From Octopus bimaculoides (lineage: Eukaryota): DNA of 34,644 bases. Shown piece by piece: positions 11,035-22,806 of the stretch. The notes under the pieces are model-generated. The model was given only the letters and a program-made list of their open reading frames with translations, searched no databases and had not been told where the DNA came from. Location: NCBI RefSeq assembly GCF_001194135.2, contig NC_068989.1:6469823-6504466 (forward strand), read 5' to 3'. Every line of letters begins with the position of its first letter. The first letter of the stretch is position 1. Made by a program: the position numbers and the translations under genes.

Positions 11035-11905
11035 CTTGGAGGGTTTTAGACAAACAGGTCACACGCCCTCCCCTAGTACTCATTTTGTTTTAAGTCAGAT
11101 ATTAATTCTATTGGAGGCTTTTACGGAACCGCTAAGCTATGGGGATGTAAACAAACCAGCACCGGCTGTCAATAGCTGGTATAATAAATACATGCGCGCG
11201 CGCACACACACACACACATACATACGACAGCTTTCACAAGGGTTTCGTCAATCAAATTCACTCATAAGGCATTGGTTGACGTGGCAGCAAAATTTTTTTC
11301 CCACGAAAGTTCCGGACCCCAGTTATGAACTCATTTGCCAAAATCCAATCAGAACTCTCCTTGGCCTTCACAAGTTAACAAAAAACACTCTACCAAATAA
11401 ACTCAACACGAAGAACGTTGTTGTAAGTTGACCAATCGCCCAAGTTGTGCCTGATTTTAGAAGGAGACAAGTAATTAGATCTCCATCTGTACCTATTATC
11501 GGATTTTGTTAGGGCCCCATATGGTGAAGATGTGGATGAGAAAAATGTGGGCAGAGAGTGATGTGCTAGCAACCCTCTCCTCTTACTGTTTTACAACAGC
11601 ACAAATAACTACGCAGAGGCATCCATGGTTGAAACAAGAACAAGAACAACAAGCATTCTTAAAAGAGAAAAGAAGCATGGTCATTGCTTACCCAAGTGAC
11701 TTTATCGCCCATCACTTGTTATGCGCTCATAAATTAGTTAGATAGTCGAGCTCTGATTGGGTGTATGCAAATGACTTCATAACTGGGGTCCGGAACTCTT
11801 GTGGGGAAAAAAATTCTCGACCCGGTACTATTGTAGAAAAAACTTGCACGAGGTGCCACACTTCGGGACTGAACCCAAACCAGCGTAGTTGCAAAGTGAG
11901 CTTTA
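11035..11905 (-). mobile_element. Long tRNA-SINE interrupted by a MITE-like insertion
   Basis: 11035-11280 and 11821-11905 rejoin collinearly to the family sequence (aaggctttggtcggc|ccgaggctatagtag). Confidence 0.75.
11288..11818. mobile_element. MITE/foldback-type element with ~68-bp inverted repeats
   Basis: 11291-11358 (aatttttttcccacgaaagttccggaccccagttatgaactcatttgc...ccaatcagaactc) is an imperfect reverse complement of 11748-11815. Confidence 0.8.
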
Positions 11906-11906
11906 C

Positions 11907-12403
11907 CACCAGCGTAACTGGGGGAGGGGGGCAGTAGGGGCGGTCCGCCCCGGGCGGCACACACTCTAGCTACGCTAATGTTTTAACCACAAGCCTCGTC
12001 TGCGTCTATCTTGTGACTTCTTTTGCTCGTAAAAGTTTCCCCTAATAACATTTTTACCGCCGGCTTGGATTAAATGGCAGCAAACTATTTGCGGAAAAGT
12101 GGTGGGGGCGGGGAACATAGAGAAAGAAACTTAGGCAATTGTCGAATATTATGTTTCTACTTTCACTTTCAATGAATACCCAGGATGATTCTGCTTTGTG
12201 GTCAGCACAAACTGTGCTGCCTAGAGTAACACTTGATTTTACCACCCAGGAGTCCACAAGCGTATGTAGGCTTAGACAACAGGCTCAAACATGCTTCCTC
12301 CGTAAAAGTATCACCCGGAGCGGATCGTCAGCCTTGCCATCCACGTAAAAGCGTCACCCGGGGCGTATCGCCACCATTGCTACCCCAACTAGCTACGCTA
12401 CTG
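11907..12403. mobile_element. Probable non-autonomous DNA transposon with degenerate GC-rich TIRs
   Basis: Left end (agcgtaactggggg...ggcggtccgccccgggcggcac) resembles the reverse complement of the right end (gcgtcacccggggcgtatcgcc...ctagctacgctactg). No clear TSD. Confidence 0.55.
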
Positions 12404-12710
12404 GACCACCAAAGATTTTGGAATGGGTACTTGCCTTTCATCAATGAAAATGCATTATTGCTAAGAGTGATTCTTGAGTCAATTATTTGTTTTTGAATTA
12501 AAAAAAAATATATCTTGGATTGCAAGCTACTACAAAAAATGAACAACAATACCAAATTCTAAACAATCTCACGCAATTATTCTCCCTGGAGACTTCACAG
12601 TGAATCAGTGAATGGTTGAATAAATGGGATATTGAACTTATTCAACAATACAAAAATGAACGAGGACATATTTTAACTTCAAACCAAGATATTCTCTTTC
12701 TTTCTTTCTT

Positions 12711-12816
<106 letters not shown>

Positions 12817-12861
12817 ACATACACACACATTTATATATGTATATGTATATAAATATATATA

Positions 12862-12907
<46 letters not shown>

Positions 12908-13735
12908 AACTCGTTTCCCTTCACCTACACCATAAACTATCCTCATAATATACACAAAAACACTTTTACAGCTTTACACTAAACAAGTACGATGTGTGTG
13001 TGTGTGTGTGCGTGCGTGCGTGTGAGCGTATGTCTATATATGGTTAGCAAATATACATATACATATACATATACAATGCACATATATGTATTTGTATGTT
13101 CATGTGTATATTTACACACACATACTTTAAAGTCTCTACTACCCCCCCCTTGATAGCTTTGCAAATAAATGATTTTCTGGAGTAGAGATTATTTGCCAAC
13201 ATAAGATGGCAGTCCTAGTTTAGGACGAATGTTGCTGTAATTTAGCCCCAGGAGACATCGTCTCCATCTGGCTATACGACATGATCTTTGTCCTTGTATT
13301 TTCGAACAAGGGAATCTAGCACCCCCACTCAGCTCAAAACAATATCTGTGTATCGCGATTTCCTGGTTATTTCTCTTTCATAGAAACCTACCCGATAGAT
13401 ACGCGCCCATTCCTTATCCTCACAGACTCACACCCTCTCAGATCATGTTGAACACGTTCGGTTCAAATACTGAAACTAGTTATAATAAATCTCTCTACCT
13501 ACATCTTTCTTCTTACATTTACTCCTGCAAGCGTTCACACAGATGTCAAACTGAAATCAAACGCATCCATCGTTAATCTAACCCTTCTGGAAGGTTTTAC
13601 AAACATCAATAAAGTTTTACCCTACTCATGTAATTAAGCTTTTAACTCCATCAAAATGTGTAATTTTGGAAGATTGAAAATGCCATCAGCATTCTCCATT
13701 ACAACTAAACAAAATAATTTGAATTAATAATCTAC

Positions 13736-13771
<36 letters not shown>

Positions 13772-13773
<2 letters not shown>

Positions 13774-13954
13774 CCTTTCCGCTATAGGCACAATGCCCGA
13801 AATTTTTGGGGAAGAGTACAATCAGTGTTTAACTGGTATTTATTTAATCGACATCGAAAGGATAAAAAACAAAGACGACCTCGGCGGAATTTGAACTCAG
13901 AACGTATCGACTGAAGAAATGCCGGTAAGCATTTTTCCCGGCGCGGTAACGATT
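13772..13954 (-). mobile_element. SINE of the 'cctttcatcctttcggggtcgataaa' family with an (ATT)n tail
   Basis: Reverse-complement homologue of 24330-24521; (aat)n at 13735-13772. Confidence 0.8.
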
Positions 13955-14245
13955 GAGGAGTACGCAGGTTGTAGGAAATGAAGAGGGTGGACGTAATACC
14001 AATAGTGATTGGCGCGCTTAGAGGTATCAGCCCTCCAACATGGAGTGCTACCAACATGGCTCAAAAAGATTGGTACAAATGTAAAGATAGGACGTCTACA
14101 AAAATCACCACTACTTGGAATTGCAAGAGTTATCAACATGATAAGTAAACAAGTGTCACCCCAGTCTGCTGGCTGAGGGCACCTGACGTTTTCCAACATA
14201 CCCAGCAAAATAAGCTGAGAGTCTTCATCAAAATAATAATAATAA
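13955..14245 (+). mobile_element. R4/Dong-like RLE LINE 3' fragment ending in (TAA)n
   Basis: Translation MKRVDVIPIVIGALRGIS...LPTWLKKIGTNVKIGRLQKSPLLGIARV; homologous to 6000-6150. Confidence 0.8.
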
Positions 14246-14306
14246 ATGTTATGTATATGTATTTCCCTACTGAAAAACGAAAATTGACGTTTCGGATCCA
14301 GGCCAT

Positions 14307-14461
14307 CAGTAACGTAGCTAGAATGTGTACTGTCCTGGGCAGTCCTGGAGTTGCAGCCTCCTTACGCCCTCCATACAGGCTTATATAGTGATGCTATGAA
14401 GTGCCGATCTTATAAAAGCGTCACCCGGAGTGAACCACCCTTCGCCTCCCTAGCGACACTG
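14307..14461. mobile_element. Short derivative of the 11907-12403 DNA transposon family
   Basis: Starts cagtaacgtagctag, shares taaaagcgtcacccgg with 12346-12361 and ends ctagcgacactg. Confidence 0.45.
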
Positions 14462-15085
14462 CTCTAGGTTATTTATTTAAAGGACAGAAATAAACAACAA
14501 AAACGTAAGAGGTAGCATACATGAGCACCGGCGAGTGGTGACGTGATAAAGTAAAAATAACCGCTTGGAGTAATTGTTAAAACACGGAGATACGCGTCAG
14601 GTTAATGTAACTTTTCAGTCGATACTCCCAAGTAATTCTTTCCAAATGAATGAATGAATGAATGAATGAATGAATAAACGTCGGCAACAACAACGTTTTT
14701 ATTAATTAAGAAGGAAAAATGAGGGCTGAACTGGTTTCACTTGGATTGCGTGTCATCGATGTCTTTATCAACTAATCTTACGCTGACTTTAAAACGGCGG
14801 CGTCTTTCAATTTAAACATTTGAAATATGATATCGTTCTCCAACAGATTACCTTCAGCCAACTTGCTAATGAGATTATTCAGGATTATTGCCTATTTGCA
14901 CCTTGGGATGATGATGATGATGATGATGATGACGTGAGTGCTGATATGATGATAAAAGCAAAAAATGATACTTCATCAACACAAACAGCTCACTTGGCAA
15001 CGAAGTGAGCAAGGCTAGAGAACAACAACCTCACACAAACACACGCGTGCACGTCAGCACACGCGTGTGCATATGTATATGTATG

Positions 15086-15123
<38 letters not shown>

Positions 15124-15387
15124 CACACTTGCACATTTAATGACGTTAGTACCGCCTACTTTTATATGTATGCATGACTTTCTTTAAATGTGCGTTTATA
15201 TAGTTTATATATGTGTATACATAAACATATTTGTGTGAGTGTATATATATATATATGCATATACATGTGTAATGTAAATTATATACACAAATAGATATAA
15301 AACCATATGCACACACGCACACACATAAATACATACACGTATATGTGTGTGTTTATATATATATATATATAAGTATATATACATACC

Positions 15388-15443
<56 letters not shown>

Positions 15444-16147
15444 TATATATATATATATACATACCTATATAAATATATATATATATATATATACATAAGT
15501 ATATATAAATATATAAATATATGTATATACATCCATCCATACATACATATATATAATGAGAGAAAGAGAGAGAGAGGGAGAAAGAGGAGAGATGCCAGTG
15601 TCTTCAAGTGCACTTTGCTAGATACCCGTTCAACTGGTGAGTTAGTGCAAATACCCACTCATCCACCCGTACATACACAGGCACCCCCCACATGCACGCA
15701 CACACACATACATACACATACGAGCACGCACACATACACGACCATTGATACGCAGGTATATCGACAGAGGTTAACACCTTCTACCTTTAGACAAGAACTT
15801 AAAATAAAGCATCTATCGATTCAAACTGAGTGTTGGAACTTTTATATCCGATACATAAATGTTCATAAATGTTATATGGACATGACGATGTTTTAACACG
15901 AAGTCATTAAGAACTTAACTGCAACTTTCGTTGTTGTTGTTGCTGTTGTTGGTGTTATCGTTGTTGCTGTTGTTTAACCCGAATCAGGTAAATCTATATA
16001 AATCAATGGCAAACAAGCTTCGGCCATGACATCTTTTTCCTCGCATTTACTTTATCTTGGACTGGACTTCGTCGGACGATGCTTGCGTTTGAGGCATTTG
16101 TTTCTCATTGAAATCTTTGCCCGTCTTGCGTATCCTTGTATCATATA

Positions 16148-16274
16148 CAGGGTGTCCACAAAGTCTGGGTACATGGGGATTAACACATACTTTAAGAAAT
16201 TATCATTTCTTATATTTAATTGTTTATGTTATAATTTTATTCACTCCATGTACCCAGACCTTGTGGATACCCTG
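16148..16274. mobile_element. Tc1/mariner-type MITE (127 bp)
   Basis: TA flanks on both sides. 29-bp TIRs cagggtgtccacaaagtctgggtacatgg / ccatgtacccagaccttgtggataccctg (2 mismatches). Confidence 0.92.
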
Positions 16275-16316
16275 TATGATACACATTCCTATTTATGTAT
16301 GTATGTATGTATGTAT

Positions 16317-16790
16317 GTCATTGTTCAGTTTTATTTCAAGATTTATTGCCAATAGAAAAAGAGCCGGTTTCTAACCAATATCCAAAGCTTCTTCATTGGA
16401 AGTTCAACATCAACAACAGGGCACTTTTGTATATATGTATGTATGTATGTATGTGCAAATTTATATCTTTTATGTATATATTTTCATGCATACAGTTGCA
16501 TATCTAGACATGCTCATATATATTTAAATGACAAATTTCTGGAAAGTTTTGCAGATTTCTACAGTTCGAATAATGGACTGGATCTGCAGAATTCGAATTG
16601 GATTTCTCCTTTTTGATTTTGTGAAGCCTAATTTCTCAAGATTGGTATTTAGGCAGTGTGTTACATATTCCAGTGCTCCAATAATTACAGGTATAAACCT
16701 GAACTTGAAATCTGGATAGAGTAACTGCAGATTTCTCCATAGTTTAGCGTAGGCATTCTCTTTTTCACTGATCTTCAGCTTTACGTAAAC
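16317..16790 (-). mobile_element. 5'-truncated RLE (R4-like) LINE: endonuclease C-terminus plus 3'UTR, embedded in (CATA)n
   Basis: ORF 16524-16799: KLKISEKENAYAKLWRNLQLLYPDFKFRFIPVIIGALEYV...LQIQSIIRTVEICKTFQKF. The 3'UTR ends gaaataaaactgaacaatgac(atac)n and is homologous to the array at 31885-32495. Confidence 0.8.
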
Positions 16791-17824
16791 ATATGGCATG
16801 TATGAATGTACGTACGTGTGTATGTGTATATGTGTGTGTGTGTGTGTGTGAATGTACCAAGTCTACTCAGCTGGAGCAGTTTTATATCGATATACTTTGC
16901 ATATATGTCACGTGATCAAACCGTCTTTCTTACGAGCATAGTCTATCTAAAACTACACTCTGTAATGTCCTACTTCCTTTAAAAAAAAAACGGTAGGATA
17001 GAATTTAAAGGAAATTTGTCTGTTGTTTCTAGCCGTTCGAGCGACCACATATAAGCTTAGCCATCATTTCGTACTATTTGTCTTACATCAGCAAGGAAAA
17101 AAAAAAGAAACAGACAAAAAGAAAGCGGCCATATTTATCAGTATTTACGGATTTACACGGGAGATATGAAAAGTGGATGCTTTAATGAAGGTTTGCCAAA
17201 AGATACGGGAGAATGTCGTCGGTATGACACAGTAATGGCTATTAACGATTCCATTTCCATGGATGATAGATATGACAAATAATCAGGGACTTATGGAATG
17301 CAAGGGAGTGCTGTGAAGTTATGTTACGAGTAGTTTTACTACAGATAATGGAAACAATATTCCGGAGTTTCTGAGTTCCTGAGCTTCTGGAGGCTTATGT
17401 ATTCACCAACGGAATTTTGTTTTCCATATGCTATGGCATAGACAAATATGCTTTGATATATGTATATATATATATGGAAGCATGGATGGATGCATGGAGG
17501 TAACGTGAGTATGAGCATACGTTACTGCATAAATGGCTGTCTGCACACACATGCATATATCTGTGTGTGTGTGTGTATCAGGGCAATTGAGAATATTAAA
17601 CCGAACCTTGAGACCTACAAATTCGTAAAAGAGTCTGCCTCGGTGCGCTGAAAGACAGGGCCACTGTTTGACGAAAGCGAGTCACTAACTGCAGTCCCCA
17701 GGTATGTATATCTATATATATGTATATATATGTTTATATATATATATATGTATATATATGTTTATATATATATATATATATACAGAGAGAGAGAGAGAGA
17801 TAAATAGGTAGGTAGGTAGGTAGG

Positions 17825-17862
<38 letters not shown>

Positions 17863-17882
17863 TGACGGGCTTCTTATATGGT

Positions 17883-18028
17883 TTTCGTCCACCAGGTGAA
17901 CGAACAAAGCATCAATCAGCAATGAGGCTGTAGTAGAAAACACCACCTGTAAATGCTGTGCAATAGGACAGAACAAAAAAACCACGCAGATGCAAAGAGA
18001 TCGTCTTAACCAGAAAAGCGTGCCTGCC
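17883..18028 (-). mobile_element. Highly diverged short SINE copy
   Basis: Begins gacgggcttctt and is collinear with 9620-9771. Confidence 0.6.
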
Positions 18029-18136
18029 ATTAAGATATCCTTAGTTTGACCTTCTACATACGTAGTTTAACCTTATTTTCCTTCCAAATTAACTTCCAGC
18101 AAGGAAGTTTAATAGCGGAAACCCTCTCGGAAGTAC

Positions 18137-18231
18137 CTAAGCTTTCAATCTCCTATATGGACCCTCTGCAGCACCAAGAAAGCCATTTACGTCAATCTGT
18201 TTGCCTGTTCCAAAGTTAAATCGATCATAAA
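18137..18231 (-). CDS. Candidate terminal coding exon, product unknown
   Basis: Acceptor acttttcag|, open frame YDRFNFGTGKQIDVNGFLGAAEGPYRRLKA* and ATTAAA 24 nt after the stop. No recognised homologue. Confidence 0.22.
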
Positions 18232-18614
18232 CTGAAAAGTCTTGACTTTACATAGTTTCGAGACTATCTGATTGTTGGGAAAGGATAATCCATTTTTGTA
18301 ATCAGCAAATGAAAACGAAGTCAGTCACTAAGTACAAACACACGCATACCTTTCACACAAACACTTAATATAGTCATCACAGACATATTGTATACACACA
18401 CACACACACACACACACATACACACAAGCGCACCTCTTTTTTCGTATACATATACGCAATATATTCGTTGCATACATATTGCGTACGAAAATATACACAC
18501 ATGAACGCACCCATATACAGAAGCACATCCAGACATATTAATACATATATTCCTAAATGTTCAAAAGTGGCATACAGAAACAACAACAACAACATGCACA
18601 CACCCACACAAAAT

Positions 18615-18682
<68 letters not shown>

Positions 18683-19037
18683 CACAACATATTTTCATTT
18701 CTTTGTCTCAAAAGTCGATAACATGTTAGTTACTTGGATTGCTTCTCTCTCACTCTTTCTCTCTCTCTCTCTCTCTCTCCCTCACTCTCTCTCCCTCCCT
18801 CTCTATGTTTGACTGTGTGTGTCTGTGTTTATGTACGGGCGTGCGTGCGGCTGTGTACGTCTGTGCTCATGTCTATGCGCAAGTATGTATGTATCTATCT
18901 ATATGCATGTGCACGTAGGCATACCCGAGGAGGTAATAAGTTCGCTACGCTATACCTAGGGATCCCGAGTTCGATCTCACACCGTAGAAACTTGTGCAAA
19001 TGATTTTATCACAGTTCGCTTTTATTCGTTTATTGTG

Positions 19038-19515
19038 AGGGCGCGTGGCTTAGTGGTTAGGGTATTCGGGTCACGAACGTAAGACCGTGAGTTCAATTCC
19101 CGGCGGCGCGTTGTATCCTTGAGCAAGACACTTTATTACACGTTGCTCCAGTCTACTCGGCTGGCAAAAATGAGTAGTACCTGTATTTCAAAGGGGCTAG
19201 CCTTGTCACACTCTGTCTCATGCTGAAACTCCCTTGCCGACCAAAGCCTTGTGAGTGGATTTAGTAGACGGAAACTCAAAGAAGCCCATCGTATATATGT
19301 GTGTGTGTGTGTATCTGTGTTTGTCCCTCTCCCCTACCATCGCTTGAGAACCGATGCTGGTGTGTTTACGTCCCCGTCGCGTAACGGTTCGGCAAAAAGA
19401 GTCCGATAGAATAAGTACTAGACTTACAAAGAATAAGTCCTGGTCCTGGGGTCGATTTGTTCGACTAAAGGCGGTGCTACAGCATAGCCGCAGCCAAATG
19501 ACTGAAACTAGTAAA

Positions 19516-19518
<3 letters not shown>
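19038..19518 (+). mobile_element. Chimeric SINE: V-SINE-like head (19038-19233) joined to the 3' part of the long SINE family (19235-19518)
   Basis: The head matches 24641-24835 (gcgttgtatccttgagcaagacact). The sequence then switches abruptly to gccgaccaaagccttgtgagtgg. Confidence 0.8.
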
Positions 19519-19580
<62 letters not shown>

Positions 19581-20104
19581 GTACATGGACGTATACGTGT
19601 GTGTGTGTGTGTGTGTGTGTGTGTAGGCACGTGCACGTGAGCAATTACATGCTTTTAATATGATCAATGTTTTCGTTGCAACGCTAACTGAATATCTGGC
19701 TGGTCACCAACCCCCGAAACTAGATTTACATGGTAGCCAATTATCTACCTACTTAGTAACATTACAGCAATCAACATACTTCTATACATTCATATATATA
19801 TATATATAAATACATATATAGTTTATATAATTACTATATACATTGATACACTAATCAGCGGTTCGTTTACTAACGTATGTATGCATGTATGTATGTATGT
19901 ATGGCTGCATGACCACTCACATGTTCTTTTGAGAAGTATATATATATGCATGTACGTCCTCTGTACGAATGTGTGTTCGCATGTATGTCTTTATGAGTGC
20001 ATATATGTAGGCATGTATGTATGTTTGTATGTAACTAAAGATTCTTGAAAAGCCAGCCTAATTGTGTATTAACGTACGATTCCTAATTCCCAACGGAGAC
20101 TTAC

Positions 20105-20151
20105 ATACTGCTCTGGCCATTTTCGGAGGACATTTTGGTCGGAGAGAAAGT
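20105..20151 (-). CDS. Candidate 47-nt exon
   Basis: Pyrimidine-rich acceptor ...ctatttggcag| and consensus donor tat|gtaagt. It can splice in frame to 18137-18231. Unverified. Confidence 0.25.
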
Positions 20152-20188
20152 CTGCCAAATAGATAGATAGGTAGATAGATAGAGACAG

Positions 20189-20258
<70 letters not shown>

Positions 20259-20588
20259 AAAGAGAGAAAGAGAGCGATGGAGTGAGGGAGACCATGTCTA
20301 ATCAAATAGACAAGAAATAGTTTGCGTCGCTGATTTTCGTCTGTTAAAGGCTATAATTATAGCCGAAAGTTAATTAAAAAGAAAAAAAAAATGCAGAAAG
20401 AAAAGGAAACAATGAAACAAAGAAATTAGTCGGCAATTACGTAGAAATTGGTAACTGGGGAAAATTTAAAATTATATAATGATATATATATATGTATATA
20501 TATACATACGGACATACAAAGAACGTATATATATATATGTGTGCACACATATATTGTACGTACATGTATAAATTTATTTATGTAAGTT

Positions 20589-20644
<56 letters not shown>

Positions 20645-20721
20645 TATATAGATACGCATGGCTGATGTAAAATGATTGAAACAAATGAAGGAATAAAAGA
20701 AGAAATATAGATAAAATACAT

Positions 20722-20768
<47 letters not shown>

Positions 20769-21176
20769 AAAGCACATATATATGATATATGTGTGTGTGT
20801 ATGTGTATACGCCTACAGATGTATATATAGATGTAAATACGTACAAATGGATATATATATATATATATATAAATATATGTGTAATGTTGATGTATGTATG
20901 TATGTGCGTATTTGTATACATTTACACTTACGTACGCAAACCCACATCTCTCTATATACACACACATATAAACATACGCTCCGACGCATTCCAGAGTGGT
21001 CAAGTCAGTTTAATAGATGAAAGATTGATGCGTCTGGCAGTGTATAAGATAGAAAAATCTCATTGCTGAAGGTGTGTGTGTGTGTGTGTGTGTGTGTATA
21101 ATTGTAGGTAGGTTACAATGTCAGGATGGCAGAGCTTATTGCTGCTGTATAGGGGTAGCATGGTGAACCTGATGAG

Positions 21177-21845
21177 GATCATTTTCTACTCTAGGTACAA
21201 GGCACCGAAATTTTGGAGGAGGTGGCCAGTCGATTATATATCGACCCCACTACGAAGCTAGTGCTTAATTTATCGACCTCGGCGGAATTTGACCTCAGAA
21301 TGTAAAGACAGACGAAATACCGCTAAGCATTTCGCCCGGCGTGCTAACGTTTCTGCCAACTCGCCGCCTTAGCGTCCATGAAATATTCTTTTCTACTCTA
21401 GGCCCAAGGCCCGAAATTTTTAGGGACGGGCTCAGTCGATTAATTCGACTCCAGTACGCAACGGGTATTTAATTTATCGACCCCGAAAAGATGAAAGACA
21501 AAGTCGACCTCGGTGGAGTTTGGACTCAGAACGTAATGTCAAACGAAATACCTATTTCTTTACTGCCCACGAAATACCGCTAAGCATTTTGCCTGGCGTA
21601 CTAACGTTTCTTATTTCTTTATTGCCCACAGGGGTCTAAACATAGAGGGGACAAACAAGTACAGACAAAGGGATTAAGTCGATTACATCGACCCCAGTGC
21701 GTAACTGGTACTCATTTAATCGACTCCGAAAGGATGAAAGGCAAAGTCGACCTCGGCGGGATTCGAACTCAGAAAGTAACGGCAGACGAAATACCGCTAA
21801 GCATTTCGCCCGGCGTGCTAACGATTCTGCCAGCTCGCCACCTAC
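21177..21845 (-). mobile_element. Trimeric SINE composite flanked by an 11-bp TSD
   Basis: Three related units (about 21181-21370, 21385-21610 and 21611-21845). aacctgatgag occurs at 21166-21176 and 21846-21856. Confidence 0.85.
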
Positions 21846-22114
21846 AACCTGATGAGTATTACCAAATAATCATTTAAATTTCATGCTCTCCTCTGGGGTC
21901 TCTTGACAGTTAAGGTTATTTTTTTCTAAGACGTTTTGTGTGTGTGTGTGTGTGTATTCTTGTTTTATAATTTTTTCTTTTCTTTTCCCTTTGAATCTCA
22001 ACATGACGTTCAGACAGTCGTACTTTCCGCCAGATAACCCATCAGCTATTTTCAGACCTGTCATTCACTCGTATGCAGATGCACATACACACACACACTG
22101 GTATGGCTATAGCT

Positions 22115-22243
22115 TCAGCCATGGGTGTGAGGCTAAGACGCTTGCTTTTCAAACACGTGGCATCAGGTTCAGTTCCACCGTGCGACACATTGCACAAATG
22201 TCTTCTGCTATAGCCATAGGCAGACTAATGTCTTGTGAGTGAA
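22115..22243 (+). mobile_element. Diverged short SINE copy
   Basis: Collinear with 7430-7560. Confidence 0.7.
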
Positions 22244-22549
22244 TTAAAGAAAAAAGGACTCGTTATATTGAATGTTATCGATAATATCAAGTGGAAATTG
22301 GGGGAACTGCAGTTCCGCAGTGCCTATACACGAGCCGCCACTGCCCATACCTGATATATAGGTTGCTTTGTGAGATATTCGGCCATCATAATGAAGAGGA
22401 AGAACGTAAGTACGTCACCCCGGAGCACACCAGTTATATTGCTGAAGGTCACTACAATATTTTGTGAATTGTTGTAAAGAATTTTGAAAGCATTTGCTAT
22501 GCACATTATTTACATTTGACGGATATTTGTCCTCATCTTGTTTGTTGTT

Positions 22550-22595
22550 AACACAACGTTTCGGCTGATATACCCTCCAGCTTTCATCAGGTGTC
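22550..22595 (-). ncRNA. Minimal type I hammerhead ribozyme motif
   Basis: GACAC-CTGATGA-A-AGCTG-gagggtatat-CAGCC-GAAA-CGTT-GTGTT. The palindromic ACGT stem III is intact, with one mismatch at the base of stem II. Confidence 0.8.
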
Positions 22596-22642
22596 TTGGG
22601 GAAATTTCGAACCTGGGTTCTCATTCCTAAGGTATTTTTCAA

Positions 22643-22682
<40 letters not shown>

Positions 22683-22760
22683 CAGGTCACTGTCTGGAAT
22701 CGAACTCGGAATCTTGGGGTTAGTAGCCCGCGCTCTTAACCACTACGCCATATGCCCGTG

Positions 22761-22806
22761 GGCACCTGATGAAGGCTGGAGGGTATATCAGCCGAAACTT
22801 TGTGTT
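22761..22806 (+). ncRNA. Hammerhead ribozyme motif, inverted copy with a stem III substitution
   Basis: GGCAC-CTGATGA-A-GGCTG-gagggtatat-CAGCC-GAAA-CTTT-GTGTT. The change ACGT to ACTT probably impairs it. Confidence 0.65.

Noticed and set aside
17110-17280. LPKDTGECRRY resembling a Kunitz motif
   Set aside because: The remaining cysteines and spacing are absent and there are no splice signals; likely chance.
20349-20364. Perfect 16-bp palindrome ggctataattatagcc
   Set aside because: Isolated, with no associated element or second copy.
21168-21174. CTGATGA here and at 21848 as possible hammerhead cores
   Set aside because: No stem II or GAAA follows; both are parts of the TSD.
22684-22762. 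tRNA gene call for this and other A/B-box heads
   Set aside because: There is no complete cloverleaf or acceptor stem, and each head continues into a repeated body, so these are SINE heads.
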